44,005 nt of DNA, from assembly GCA_038064675.1 (NCBI GenBank), contig JBBTSM010000008.1:167-44171 (forward strand), in the 5' to 3' direction. The translations under genes were made by a program, and so were the position numbers. Positions 43,815 through 44,005 of the stretch are shown piece after piece. Positions within the stretch are counted from its first letter, which is position 1. Every line of letters starts with the position of its first letter. The notes below the pieces were generated by a model. It was not told where the DNA came from and did no database searches. It worked only from the letters and a program-made list of their open reading frames with translations. Origin of the DNA: Patescibacteria group bacterium. Lineage in GTDB: Bacteria; Patescibacteriota; Patescibacteriia; UBA9934.

Positions 43815-44005
43815 TCAGGACGGATTCAGCGCAGAAAAAAGCTTCACCCAGTCTGCGGTGTTCAATTCTTGAGGGCGGACGGTTTTTGGGTATCCGATTT
43901 CTTCGATGGCGGTGTCGACGGCTACGAGATCGGCGGCATTGGGTTGAGCGGGAGTTTGACGAAGCTGTTTTCGGCGATGCGCAAAACCAATTTTTGCAAG
44001 GGCGA
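43815..44005 (-). CDS. rsmA: 16S rRNA (adenine1518/1519-N6)-dimethyltransferase RsmA/KsgA, C-terminal fragment (runs off the window)
   Basis: My own translation of the minus strand gives ALAKIGFAHRRKQLRQTPAQ...IGYPKTVRPQELNTADWVKLFSALNPS followed by TGA at 43815-43817. The F-x-x-RRK-x-L and RP-x-x-L-x-x-x-x-W/F-x-x-L pattern matches KsgA C-termini. The fragment is only 62 aa. Confidence 0.65.
   Translation of the reverse strand, partial: ALAKIGFAHRRKQLRQTPAQPNAADLVAVDTAIEEIGYPKTVRPQELNTADWVKLFSALNPS

Noticed and set aside
1-44005. Looked for CRISPR arrays, rRNA, transposase or integrase genes, clustered DnaA boxes and parS near parAB.
   Set aside because: No regularly spaced direct repeats were found, and no rRNA-like or recombinase-like ORFs. 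Only isolated one-mismatch DnaA-box-like 9-mers occur (for example near 28384 and 32925), along with half-parS-like GTTTCACG strings (near 17890). Nothing could be supported.

Overview
This 44-kb window appears to come from a small-genome bacterium that uses the standard genetic code, since TAA, TAG and TGA all terminate long ORFs. By eye, backbone GC is about 45-53%. The gene content suggests Patescibacteria/CPR: a minimal Gram-positive-type T4SS module, a giant Cys-rich surface protein, a TSP3-repeat anchor protein, many orphan proteins and mostly no Shine-Dalgarno sequences. That placement is inference only. All family calls come from motifs read by eye; no searches were run.

Gene order, left to right:
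1. A Fur/Zur-headed metal-uptake operon on the minus strand: Fur-family regulator, TroA/ZnuA-like binding protein, ABC ATPase, YibE/F membrane protein, ABC permease.
2. A tightly packed minus-strand operon: VirB6/TcpH-like protein, 521-aa orphan, PrgI/VirB3-like protein, VirB4 split into two ORFs by one in-frame TAG, TM-anchored VirB8-like candidate, comFC. It is divergent from dprA-topA.
3. A 118-aa helical protein plus a 1440-aa coiled-coil and Pro/Ala-rich orphan.
4. A short Rel/SpoT homolog, an orphan gene, and parB-parA.
5. Initiator tRNA-Met next to a compositional mosaic: a low-GC four-helix-bundle gene and a roughly 65% GC M23 peptidase.
6. glyQS and ribH.
7. A NUDIX, glycosyltransferase and APH-like kinase cassette bracketed by two near-identical hairpins.
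8. A second high-GC single-gene island encoding a lipoprotein.
9. A TSP3-repeat anchor protein plus a 3061-aa Cys-rich giant secreted protein.
10. The 3' end of rsmA.

No rRNA, CRISPR array, transposase, integrase, relaxase or VirD4 is visible.

The most interesting items are:
- the relaxase-less T4SS-like operon fused to competence genes;
- the giant protein with a recurring C-x6-C-x-x-[YF] module;
- two small palindromic repeat families and two long intergenic inverted-repeat elements;
- two GC3-rich, foreign-looking secreted-protein genes.
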